DNA from: Candidatus Heimdallarchaeota archaeon
GTDB lineage: Archaea; Asgardarchaeota; Heimdallarchaeia; Heimdallarchaeales; Heimdallarchaeaceae
Assembly: GCA_016840095.1 (NCBI GenBank)
Contig: JAEOSZ010000040.1
Location: forward strand, 32,001-96,000
Length of the DNA stretch: 64,000 bases
Reading direction: 5' to 3'
The translations under genes and the position numbers were made by a program. A model generated the notes under the pieces. The model had not been told where the DNA came from. It saw nothing but the letters and a program-made list of their open reading frames with translations, and did no database searches. Positions 9,002 to 18,601 of the stretch are shown piece by piece. Position 1 is the stretch's first letter, and every line of letters starts with the position of its first letter.

Positions 9002-9946
9002 TTGGTGCAGATGAATTGGTTAGGGATATTTGCTTTAATTTTATGTTCAATATTGTTATTAGTTTTTATTGTGTTAATTCGGTTGAGGTTATTGGATAGA
9101 AGTTATGAAAAATCTCTTAGAAGTCGAAATGAATCAGAATTTTTGGGAATCGAAAAACAGACTTCAAAATCTCTAAAACCAATTATGAATCAACTTAGAA
9201 AATTGGAATTCTTTAATGTAATAATTAATAAGAACACTATAAGAATAGAAGTTGAGGAACATCATAAATTTTCCATTTTTAGGAGAATAAGAATTAAAAA
9301 GAATTTTCTAGGTAGTATAGATATTAATGCTACACTAAGTAAGAGTTTTCCTGATCGGTTAATAATTTTTGCTCGAGGTTACCCAATGTATCATGATCTT
9401 TCAAAATTTACTATAGGTGGATTAGAAAAACTATATGATTTTTATTCAAATGATCCATCTTTCTGGGAAGTGATTCTGAATAATACTGTTAGTCAAACAT
9501 GTTTGATGAATCTTGGTTTAAACATGAAGCAATTATACATAACAGAAGACATGATTGAAACAAGTTTAGTGAAAAAGACAGATTTTGAAAATTTTGCTAA
9601 ACTGATAATAAGTTTAGAAGTAAAAATACTAACTTCTCACAAGGTTTTTGAAGAGACCGTAATAGAAGATTTGGTTTGTTATTCCTGTGGAAATCCGTTT
9701 GATCCTTTGGAGGAAGTTTGTGAAGAGTGTGGAGCTCCAAGACCAAGATGTATAATTTGTTATCAGAAGCTAGACACGCTTGAAAAAGATATTGTAGAAC
9801 TAGCATGTTGTAACATTTATGCACACAAAGAACATCTGATTCAATGGTTAAATACTAGACCAAAATGTCCAAATTGCCAGAAAAACATTCAAAAGTGGTT
9901 TAACGAGTTCATTCGATTTGAAGATCTCAAACAACTTTCAATCTAG
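9002..9946 (+). CDS. Single-TM protein with C-terminal Zn-ribbon + RING finger (putative membrane E3 ligase 3)
   Basis: N-terminal TM. Tail CYSC..CEEC-GAPRPR-CIIC..ACC-x4-HKEH-x3-W-x6-CPNC. Confidence 0.8.
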   Translation: MVQMNWLGIFALILCSILLLVFIVLIRLRLLDRSYEKSLRSRNESEFLGIEKQTSKSLKPIMNQLRKLEFFNVIINKNTIRIEVEEHHKFSIFRRIRIKKNFLGSIDINATLSKSFPDRLIIFARGYPMYHDLSKFTIGGLEKLYDFYSNDPSFWEVILNNTVSQTCLMNLGLNMKQLYITEDMIETSLVKKTDFENFAKLIISLEVKILTSHKVFEETVIEDLVCYSCGNPFDPLEEVCEECGAPRPRCIICYQKLDTLEKDIVELACCNIYAHKEHLIQWLNTRPKCPNCQKNIQKWFNEFIRFEDLKQLSI

Positions 9947-10110
9947 ATATGGAATTACACATAAAAATATGAAATTATCATTTCCAACATTTTTGTATCC
10001 ATGAGGTTTCAATAATAAAATATGCTTTCTCAATTTTTCAGAAGTAGTTTAAGGCAAAGGCTTATTTATTTCTGAATCAAAATTACGCTAGAAAATAATG
10101 GTGAATTTAA

Positions 10111-10899
10111 ATGAGTGAAGGATTTTGTCCAGACCATTCTCCTGAATATTATGAGGAATTCTTGCGTGAAATAGAGTATACTAAGGAATTTAGAAAGAAA
10201 ATCTACGAACAAGTAGGAATAAAAGGTGCTAGAAGAGTTCTAGAAGTTGGCTGTAGAAACGGAGTAATAAGTCAGGAATTACGAGATGCTACGAAGGCTC
10301 AGATTACAGCAATAGATGCTGATCATATAAGTATTGCAGATGCTTCTCAAAGAATAAAAGGAATAGAATTTTTTAGAGAAGTAGGAGACAAACTGTCAAT
10401 GCGAGATAATTCTTTTGATATAGTATTTTGTCATTATTTCTTTATCTGGAAACCCAAACCTTTTGGTGTTTTAATGGAATTAAAAAGAGTAGTTAAAGAG
10501 GGAGGTTATGTAGTTGCTCTTGCTGAACCTGATTATCGTGGATGGATAGAAAATCCAGATTTAGGTCTAGGTAAAAATCACATGAAGGCTCTTGAAGAAC
10601 AAGGTGGAAATCCAGGTGTTGGAAGAAGGCTGCTTTCTATATTCTCATCGGGTGGATTAGAAACTGAAATACACATTAACACAAGAATATGGACACAAGA
10701 TGAATTAGAAGGATGTATCGGGCATGAATGGCAAAATGTTTTCGAACAAGGCTTGATAACTGAAGATGAATACAAAGCTAAAGTTGAGGAAGAGAATAAA
10801 ATAATTGCAGAAAAACTACGAGTAGTAGCTCTACCAGTTTTCAGTGCTATAGGTAAGAAAGTAGTTCTTCCTGATGAAGTAATCGACCCATATGATTAA
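10111..10899 (+). CDS. Class I SAM-dependent methyltransferase
   Basis: VLEVGCRNG motif I, DNSFDIVFC, KRVVKEGG. GGTGA SD-like sequence upstream. Confidence 0.85.
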   Translation: MSEGFCPDHSPEYYEEFLREIEYTKEFRKKIYEQVGIKGARRVLEVGCRNGVISQELRDATKAQITAIDADHISIADASQRIKGIEFFREVGDKLSMRDNSFDIVFCHYFFIWKPKPFGVLMELKRVVKEGGYVVALAEPDYRGWIENPDLGLGKNHMKALEEQGGNPGVGRRLLSIFSSGGLETEIHINTRIWTQDELEGCIGHEWQNVFEQGLITEDEYKAKVEEENKIIAEKLRVVALPVFSAIGKKVVLPDEVIDPYD

Positions 10900-11688
10900 C
10901 TAATCTTTTTCAAAAATGACAACTAAGTCATTACTCTCTTTTTCTTTAAACTCGTTTTTTTCATAATCTCCATAAATGCTTAAATGAAGCCTATTTGATG
11001 TGAAATCAGAGAAATCACTATTAGAAGTAACAAAAAATTCAGTTCTTTTTTTATTCAGATCAAACTCTTCAGTTTCAAACCCTCTTTGAAGAATTTTATG
11101 AACATACATTGTTATTTTGTCATACTTATTTTTCCATTCCATCATTCTTACATGGAAGATTAAAGCTCCATCTGAATTTCTTTTTAGACTTGGATTGTAG
11201 AACCATTGTTCATCATCCCTGTGTGAAAGATAATTAACAATCTGAAGAAGCACTATTCCATTATCATTTAGAAGATTGAGCATCTGATTGACTATATTTC
11301 TCCTTTCATCTTTATCAAATATAGAAAGTGTATTTCCAATACAAAAAATAAAATCAAATTTTTCATTGGAGAAATTTTTTTCTAAGTCAAGGATATCTCC
11401 TAAAACGAAATCTATTTTCTCATTACAGTTATTATTTCGAGCAAGCAATCTAGCTTGTTCAACATTCTGTTCTGATATGTCAATGCCTTTACCTGTAAAT
11501 CCCCATTTCGCAAGCATGACCATATGATCTCCAGTTCCACAAGATACATCCAAAATTCTTGCATCTTTCTTTTGCAGTTTCGACAGAATTCCTTGAAAGA
11601 AAGGAGCTTCACGTTTTAATCTAGTATCCCAAGAAACAAGTTCTTTGTAGAGGATTTCATCTTTCCAATCAATATCCATTTCTAACAT
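10900..11688 (-). CDS. Class I SAM-dependent methyltransferase
   Basis: ILDVSCGTG, GIDIS, FDFIFCIGNTLS (glycine/sarcosine N-methyltransferase-like pattern). Confidence 0.85.
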   Translation of the reverse strand: MLEMDIDWKDEILYKELVSWDTRLKREAPFFQGILSKLQKKDARILDVSCGTGDHMVMLAKWGFTGKGIDISEQNVEQARLLARNNNCNEKIDFVLGDILDLEKNFSNEKFDFIFCIGNTLSIFDKDERRNIVNQMLNLLNDNGIVLLQIVNYLSHRDDEQWFYNPSLKRNSDGALIFHVRMMEWKNKYDKITMYVHKILQRGFETEEFDLNKKRTEFFVTSNSDFSDFTSNRLHLSIYGDYEKNEFKEKESNDLVVIFEKD

Positions 11689-11748
11689 GAATCAAATCTC
11701 AAAGTAATTATTAATCTTATTCATAAAGCAAAAATGGGATGAGATTAA

Positions 11749-13143
11749 CTAAACTAGATCATTTAGCTTCTTAGTTATTTCATCCTTATTCAATCGGTCT
11801 GTTTGCTCAATAAAAGTTTCAACTTTTTCTGCATATTCAGAAGTTGTTTCATCATTATCTATGTTACAGATGAAAATCCTGCTATGCTGGGATAACTCTG
11901 GTTTTTCAAATTCATGGAATAATTCTTCAGTTAGTTTTTCACCTGGACGAACGCCAATTATCTCAATTTTTATATCCTCTTTGTCGTAACCATAAATTTG
12001 AAACAATCTATAAATAATATCAAGCATTTTGTAAGGTTTTCCCATATCCAGAACAAATAATTCTCCACCTTGACCTAAAATTGAAGCTTGAACAACTAAT
12101 TGAGCAGCTTCAGTGATAGTCATGAAGAACCTCTCCATCCTTTCATCTGTTAGGAGTACAGGACCGCCATTTTCGATCTGATTTTTGAAAATAGGAATAG
12201 CGCTCCCACTGCTTTCTAAAACATTGCCAAATCTCACTATCATGAATTTTGTAATAGTTGAAGTCTGAGCAAGAATATATTTCTCAATTATTCTCTTTGA
12301 AATCCCCATTACATTGATAGGATGAACTGCTTTATCTGTAGAAACGAAAACGAATTTCTTGATTTCTTCTTCTAGTGCTACTTTAATGAGATTGATTGAG
12401 CCCTGAATATTGTTTTTGACACATTCGTGAGGAAAAAGTTCCATCATACCAACATGTTTGAAAGCTGCGCAATGATAGATAATATCTGGTTTATATTTTC
12501 GAATAATCTTGCTTAATCGTTTCTCATCTCTAATATTGGTTAGAACTGGAATAAAGTTAATATCCTTATAGTTTTGAATCATAGAATTCTTAAGTTCAAA
12601 AAGTGGTGTTTCAGCAACATCTAATCCGATGATTTTTTTTGGAAAACATCCAGCTAATTGATAACAGATTTCAGATCCGATTGAACCTGCAGCACCTGTA
12701 ATTAAAATTGTATAATTTCCAATTTCTTTCATTGAATCTTCAGTTAGAACATTTTCAATAGGTGCTCGTATTAGATCATGCACACTAATTTCTCTTGGTG
12801 CTGAAATTGTATTTATTCTTAGGTTCTGGAATATTGGAGGAACAATCATGAAACTAGAATTTGTCTGATAAATGATGTCAACTATACGTGTTATGGTTTT
12901 TCCAGGAGCGGAAGGTATAGCAATAATTGATAAGTCTATATTGAACATTTTAATTATTTCTGGTATTTGCTCTGTATTTCCTAGAATATCCAGATTTTCT
13001 ATTTTTTCTCCCATCTTTTTTGGATCATCATCTATAAAACCAACAACTCGGTAATTCTTGTATCTGGGTTGGGTAAGTTCTGCTAAAAGCAATACACCAG
13101 CTTTTCCTGCACCAATAATTAAAACATTAGAAGATTGGCTCAT
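11749..13143 (-). CDS. CapD/PglF-like nucleotide-sugar 4,6-dehydratase, without the N-terminal TM region
   Basis: IIGAGKAG/GFIDDDP CoA-binding-like domain, ITGAAGSIGSEI, HCAAFKHV, STDKAVHPINVMGISKR, VRFGNVLESSGS, RPGEKLTEEL. Confidence 0.9.
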   Translation of the reverse strand: MSQSSNVLIIGAGKAGVLLLAELTQPRYKNYRVVGFIDDDPKKMGEKIENLDILGNTEQIPEIIKMFNIDLSIIAIPSAPGKTITRIVDIIYQTNSSFMIVPPIFQNLRINTISAPREISVHDLIRAPIENVLTEDSMKEIGNYTILITGAAGSIGSEICYQLAGCFPKKIIGLDVAETPLFELKNSMIQNYKDINFIPVLTNIRDEKRLSKIIRKYKPDIIYHCAAFKHVGMMELFPHECVKNNIQGSINLIKVALEEEIKKFVFVSTDKAVHPINVMGISKRIIEKYILAQTSTITKFMIVRFGNVLESSGSAIPIFKNQIENGGPVLLTDERMERFFMTITEAAQLVVQASILGQGGELFVLDMGKPYKMLDIIYRLFQIYGYDKEDIKIEIIGVRPGEKLTEELFHEFEKPELSQHSRIFICNIDNDETTSEYAEKVETFIEQTDRLNKDEITKKLNDLV

Positions 13144-13194
13144 TGTAATTGAGTTTGTATTTGATGTTTTTTAAAGTTTTGAAAGCAATTGATG

Positions 13195-14082
13195 TTAGTC
13201 AAAAATCGATTTAATGGAATCCTCAATAGTATACTTGGGTTGATAACTGCAACATTTAGCCAGTTTTGTGTTATCTATCCAACTTTTTGTTGGAGCTCTT
13301 TCAGAATCGGTGTATGTGATTATTGAACGTTTTTCAAAGATTTGTTCATATTTATTTATTAGATCAATGTTTGAAATCGGTTGATTAGCAGAAATATTGA
13401 AAACTTCTCCTTCTATTCCAGTCATTTCTTGTAGTAAAATCAAAGCTGAACAAGTGTCCCTCACATCAATATAATCTCTTACATCTTCAGGATGGGATAT
13501 TTCAATTTTAAGTGTCTTTTCATGTTCATAGAATTTATCGTTCAAGTAGCCTGACAGTAGTTGGTTGGAAACACCTTTTCCGATGAATGAAGCAGGTCTT
13601 GTACAGATTACATCGATACCATATTTTTCGTGGAAGTTAAGAGCTAGATTCTCTTGTTCCTGTTTAGTTTTCCCATAGATGCTCATTGGGTTAATTCGAT
13701 CTTCTTCCCTAAGTGGTTTGTCTATTTCCTCAAAGGTTCCATATTGAGCAGAAGAACCTAAGATTAATAATCTACTCTCTATTTCAGCATCTCTAAATCC
13801 TTCTATGAATCTTTGAAAAGATTCAACATTGGTTGCGTACATTTCTTCTTTTGTTCCCCGGAATAAACCTATTAGATGAAAAACTAAATCTGGTTCTATC
13901 GATTTGATTTTCTCTTTCCAGCTGATTTCAGAGTTAAAGTTCAACGTCTCAAAATTATAATCAATTCCTTCAATTGCATTGAGATCAAAACCGTTTATTT
14001 CCCAATCAGGTCTCATGGATTTAATGTGACTTACTAAATTCTGTCCTAGAAATCCAGTTGAACCAGAGATTAATACTCTCAT
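13195..14082 (-). CDS. NAD-dependent epimerase/dehydratase (extended SDR)
   Basis: MRVLISGSTGFLG, GSSAQYG, YGKTK, RDYIDVRD. Start moved from 14196 to 14082 to begin at the Rossmann motif and avoid overlap with the upstream gene. Confidence 0.85.
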   Translation of the reverse strand: MRVLISGSTGFLGQNLVSHIKSMRPDWEINGFDLNAIEGIDYNFETLNFNSEISWKEKIKSIEPDLVFHLIGLFRGTKEEMYATNVESFQRFIEGFRDAEIESRLLILGSSAQYGTFEEIDKPLREEDRINPMSIYGKTKQEQENLALNFHEKYGIDVICTRPASFIGKGVSNQLLSGYLNDKFYEHEKTLKIEISHPEDVRDYIDVRDTCSALILLQEMTGIEGEVFNISANQPISNIDLINKYEQIFEKRSIITYTDSERAPTKSWIDNTKLAKCCSYQPKYTIEDSIKSIFD

Positions 14083-14131
14083 CAGAAGAGGATTAATTAC
14101 TTGCTTTAATAAATTTATCCAAAATGGAAGG

Positions 14132-15061
14132 TTATTTCTTCTTTGGATTATAAAGACTGAGACAAATCTCATCAAATTTCTTGAGAAATTTATCATAGTG
14201 AAATTGCTTGTTGAATAGTTCTATTCCCTTTTTGTTCACTACATTATCATTTTGAATTTTGATTAATTCATATACTACATCTTCATTTGTTTCACAAAGA
14301 ATTACTCCAGGTAGAGGATAATTATGAATTACATACCTTCCTTTGGAATAAGCTTCAACAATTATTTTTGGAAAACCATCATGTTCTGTCATTCTTACAA
14401 TTACGCTTATTTTTGGCCATAATTCGTTCAAGTCTACATAGCCAAGAAAATGGAGATTGACTTTATCATACTTCTTCTTATACTTCTCTGGTTTGAAATG
14501 TCCAACAAAATAGAAATCTATATAATCGAGATTTTCGGAGATTTCAACAACTCTTTTAACGCCATAGAGTTTTTCTCGTCCTTCAATAAAATAGACTAAA
14601 GCTCCTACTCGTTTTGGCATTTGTATTTCCTCAGGTTCTATATCTGAACCATGAAAAAGTTCTATGCTTTCAATTCCTTTGTCCGTTAATTCATCCTTTA
14701 TCCTACTAGAAACTGCGATGTGCAAGTCTATAAATTTTGAAAAAATCTTTGTTTGTAATTTTCTTTTTAAACCTTGATTTGCTAGAACAGAGTCAGAACC
14801 AACCCAATGACATATCGTTTTTTTCCTCTTTAGTTTCCCAATAACAAACCAAGGCCAAGCTGATTGAAAGTATGCTCCTAAAATGATGTCAACATTTTTG
14901 ATTAATTTTCCTTTAGGTAAATGTGTAGTTGGTAAAAGAATTGTATTATATCCTCTCTTTGAAAGTGCTTGATTTAGTGATTCTGTATGTGCTCCAACTA
15001 GAGCTATTTTTACATCTTTAACTGAACTAGGAATAGTCACTAATTTCAACTCTTTTTGCAA
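14132..15061 (-). CDS. GT-B fold glycosyltransferase (GT4-like)
   Basis: HWVGSD, FLGYVD, HDGFPKIIVEAYSKG acceptor/donor motif. Confidence 0.75.
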   Translation of the reverse strand: MQKELKLVTIPSSVKDVKIALVGAHTESLNQALSKRGYNTILLPTTHLPKGKLIKNVDIILGAYFQSAWPWFVIGKLKRKKTICHWVGSDSVLANQGLKRKLQTKIFSKFIDLHIAVSSRIKDELTDKGIESIELFHGSDIEPEEIQMPKRVGALVYFIEGREKLYGVKRVVEISENLDYIDFYFVGHFKPEKYKKKYDKVNLHFLGYVDLNELWPKISVIVRMTEHDGFPKIIVEAYSKGRYVIHNYPLPGVILCETNEDVVYELIKIQNDNVVNKKGIELFNKQFHYDKFLKKFDEICLSLYNPKKK

Positions 15062-15132
15062 TCAGAGCTATCATAAACTAGCTTATTAAATTTATTGATA
15101 AACAGTGTTCATTATAGTAATTGAATCTAGTT

Positions 15133-15657
15133 CTATAGAGAATAACTCTTGAGTTTATTCATCTCCGAATTCATCAGATTCTTCGCTTCTGATAGTCCCT
15201 TATTCATTTTAAGTGCATTTTTATAGCAATTAATTGCTTCCTCTCCGGTGTGAATCTTTCCTAAATTCAACCAATCAACACTTGATTGAGGTTTCTTATC
15301 ATCAAGTACATATTTCAAACAATCACATGGTTCCCCAAATTCAACAAATACCATTTCTTGATCAATGAATTGTGTTGAACCAGGAGGTAAAACTGATGTA
15401 AAAAACTCATCTTTATACTGAGGATGTTGATGTTTTTTGGATACCAACCATATCCATCTTGGAGGATCCATGTATGTAAGTAAGACATGTGTCTTATGCT
15501 CAATTTTTGTCTTACATTTAGGACAATAAGAAAAGTTAATTTTCCCTTCAATAACATCATTAATGACTCTCGGATTTTCAGATAAATTGATAGCTTCCCC
15601 GATTCTCTTCTTTACTTTAGCACCACACTTATGACACCCAATCTCTTTTAACGGCAA
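15133..15657 (-). CDS. CpXC-type zinc-finger protein with C-terminal TPR-like helix pair
   Basis: CHKCG...INLSENP...GKINFSYCPKC; WLNLGKI...EAINCYKNALKMN. Confidence 0.7.
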   Translation of the reverse strand: MPLKEIGCHKCGAKVKKRIGEAINLSENPRVINDVIEGKINFSYCPKCKTKIEHKTHVLLTYMDPPRWIWLVSKKHQHPQYKDEFFTSVLPPGSTQFIDQEMVFVEFGEPCDCLKYVLDDKKPQSSVDWLNLGKIHTGEEAINCYKNALKMNKGLSEAKNLMNSEMNKLKSYSL

Positions 15658-15739
15658 TTTGAACCCCTACTTCTATTTTATTATCAATAATTACATAAGT
15701 TAACATCATTTATATAATTTATTATTCACTTCTACTAGA

Positions 15740-16231
15740 ATGGAAAACAAAAAACAAGGTAGACGACTACTACAAGCCTCTATAGTGGTTTCCTTGATAG
15801 GTTTCTTAGATGCACTTTATCTTTTCTATATGGAAATTACTGGAAAATTCCAATGTTTGATCAATAAGGGTGTTTTTCAATGTGAAACGGTGAATTCAAG
15901 TCCTTATGCTAAGTTTCTTGGTGTCCATGTAAGTCTGTGGGGAATGATCTTCTATATCTTGGTTATTGTTTTGCTATTTTTGTCACTGATTTCTAAGAAC
16001 GAATACTTCCTTAGTTTCTTTCTTCCAATTGCCTCTCTCTTCGGTTTGGGATTTTCTATTTATCTCACAATAGTAGAAATTTTCATAATTAAACTCGTTT
16101 GTGAATTTTGTCTACTCTCAGCAATTTGCTCAATAGTATTGATTGTTTTAATTATGCTTGCTAAATATATGAAACACTCTACAATTTTTGCTAAATTAGA
16201 TTTCTGGAACATTTTGAAAAAGAATCAGTAA
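15740..16231 (+). CDS. Vitamin K epoxide reductase (VKOR) family protein
   Basis: 4 TM helices, C..CETVNSSPYAKFLGV loop, CEFC redox motif. Confidence 0.9.
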   Translation: MENKKQGRRLLQASIVVSLIGFLDALYLFYMEITGKFQCLINKGVFQCETVNSSPYAKFLGVHVSLWGMIFYILVIVLLFLSLISKNEYFLSFFLPIASLFGLGFSIYLTIVEIFIIKLVCEFCLLSAICSIVLIVLIMLAKYMKHSTIFAKLDFWNILKKNQ

Positions 16232-16294
16232 AAATAAGTAATTAGACATGTATATAAATGACTGAACATTAAATATTTAAATCAGGAGTGTCAC

Positions 16295-18535
16295 TTGATG
16301 AGAACTAAATATAAAATCAGTTTTTTTATCGTCATAACACTTGTTTTTCTGACTCAGAATTTCAATTCAGAAATAGAAGCTTTGGATGAAGAAAACTTTA
16401 TCTTTGAAAAAGAATTTGAAGAAAGAATTTCAATGTTAGTTAATTCTCCTCCAATCAATATATTTTCAGATACAGACTTTGTTTCATTAGGTTTACCCGG
16501 AAATGGAAGTCAAGAAAATCCGTATAGAATAGAAAATTTACTTATTCAAGATTCATTTGGTTATGGAATTTATGTCAGTGGTGTATCTTCATACTTTGTT
16601 GTTCAAAACTGTGTAATTCGCAACTCTCTGTATGAAGGAATGATTATCAACAATATCCATTTTGGTAATGGAAATATCAGCAATAATCTTATTGAAGACT
16701 GTGGAAATGTTGGAATGTTAGTGATAAATACAGATGGAATTTTAGTTGAAGATAACATTTGTATCAACAATGAAATTGGAATTGAGATGCGTTACTCAGA
16801 CAATGGATATATTTTCAATAATACATGTGAAGAAAATAGAGAAAGTGGAATGTATTTGAGAAATGAGCTACAAACTTGTACATATGAGAATAACACCCTA
16901 ATTAACAATAACATTTATGGAATGGATTTTCTCCAGGCAAATGGCTCTTTTGTTTATAATAACTCATTCATCAACAATGGTCTTCATATCTCTGAACTTG
17001 TATTTGAGAATTATCTAAATTATGTAATTCTTGATAACACTTTAAATAATCAAAAAATCGGGTATTTCACAAATGATGATTCTGTTTCGCTTACTGATAC
17101 AGAATACGGTCAGATATTTTTATTCAATTGCTCAAATTTTCTGATTGAAAATCAAATATTCGAGAAATCATTATTCGGTATTTACTCATATGAAAGTAAT
17201 AATTGTACTTTCAGAAATAACACATTTGATAACAACTTAGCTCATGGAATTGATTTATATTACTCGAATGAAATTATAATTGACGCAAACACATTTTATA
17301 ACAATTCTAATGGACTGAATTTCATTGACACTTATGATATGATAATTTGTAATAACAGATTCTACAGTGATGGTTTGGTAATTGAGAGTGCAGATGTGGA
17401 GATGCTAGCTACTTTTGAGGTTACAAATAATACTGTGAATGATAAACCCTTAGGATTTTTCATTAATGAGCATAATCTAGATTTATCTAGTTCAGTTCAG
17501 TATGGAGAACTACTGATTCTAAACTCTACAAATATTCATGTTTCTAACCAAAATATATCTGATACACAAGCTGGTTTCATTATCGCTTTCTCCAATTCAT
17601 GTTCTCTTCAAGAATCAATATTTTCAAACATCATTACAGCTATTCTTGTTTATGGATGCAACGATATAACAATTTCAAATAATGTGATCGAAGAAAATTC
17701 CGATGGAATTATAGCACTATATGTTGACCACTTGGATATAAAGAACAATGTTATTTCAAATAACCTAGATGATGCTCTTGAAATACAGTATTGCACCCAA
17801 ATCCTTGTTGATAATAATACTTGTGAATATAATGCTCAGTGGGCTTTTATTTTCTTGTACAACTCTTTCTTGAATATAACCAATTCAATCATTCAGTATA
17901 ACACATTTGGGAATATCTTTGTGAGATTTACAGATAATTTACTGGTTTACAACACTACAAGTACTAATTCAGAATGGGGTATTTATCTTGCAGATATTAC
18001 AGATAGTGAGATTCGTGAATCAAAGATTAGAGATCATAACGTTGATGGGATTTATATGATAAATAGTTTGAATGTATATTTCTATGCAAACAATATCAGT
18101 GGTAGTTTCTTTGGAATAAAGGTAAAAATAACTGATTACTGTACTTTTACTCACAATACTATTCGAGATAATCACCAACGAGGAATCTCATTTGACGCTC
18201 AATGCGATCATAATCTTATTTATCAGAACTATTTCATTAATAATCAGCTAGATGATACAACAGGTAGATTGTCTTACGGATATGATGACGGCTATAATAA
18301 CACCTGGTACAATATAGCTACACAAACAGGAAATTGGTGGTCAAATATAGAAAGTTATGCTTACAGAATTGGCGGTTATGGATATTCAGTAGATATTTAT
18401 CCATTGAATCCAAAAGATCCCCCAACACCAACGAATACTCCAACTACAACAACTAATTTGACCTTTATTATTCCAACTATTTTTGGGTTTAGTATGATGG
18501 TCATTTTTAGATTAAGAAAACGATTGAGAATCTAA
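16295..18535 (+). CDS. Secreted right-handed beta-helix (NosD/CASH-like) surface protein
   Basis: Signal peptide, GLPGNGSQENPYRIEN, many N-N-x-F/I repeats, GNWWS, P/T-rich linker, C-terminal TM + RLRKRLR. Confidence 0.85.
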   Translation: MMRTKYKISFFIVITLVFLTQNFNSEIEALDEENFIFEKEFEERISMLVNSPPINIFSDTDFVSLGLPGNGSQENPYRIENLLIQDSFGYGIYVSGVSSYFVVQNCVIRNSLYEGMIINNIHFGNGNISNNLIEDCGNVGMLVINTDGILVEDNICINNEIGIEMRYSDNGYIFNNTCEENRESGMYLRNELQTCTYENNTLINNNIYGMDFLQANGSFVYNNSFINNGLHISELVFENYLNYVILDNTLNNQKIGYFTNDDSVSLTDTEYGQIFLFNCSNFLIENQIFEKSLFGIYSYESNNCTFRNNTFDNNLAHGIDLYYSNEIIIDANTFYNNSNGLNFIDTYDMIICNNRFYSDGLVIESADVEMLATFEVTNNTVNDKPLGFFINEHNLDLSSSVQYGELLILNSTNIHVSNQNISDTQAGFIIAFSNSCSLQESIFSNIITAILVYGCNDITISNNVIEENSDGIIALYVDHLDIKNNVISNNLDDALEIQYCTQILVDNNTCEYNAQWAFIFLYNSFLNITNSIIQYNTFGNIFVRFTDNLLVYNTTSTNSEWGIYLADITDSEIRESKIRDHNVDGIYMINSLNVYFYANNISGSFFGIKVKITDYCTFTHNTIRDNHQRGISFDAQCDHNLIYQNYFINNQLDDTTGRLSYGYDDGYNNTWYNIATQTGNWWSNIESYAYRIGGYGYSVDIYPLNPKDPPTPTNTPTTTTNLTFIIPTIFGFSMMVIFRLRKRLRI

Positions 18536-18601
18536 TAAAATTCTCTTTAATCCTCTTTTTTCTTAAACACATTTAAAAATATAAGATTTAATTTTACTTG
18601 A

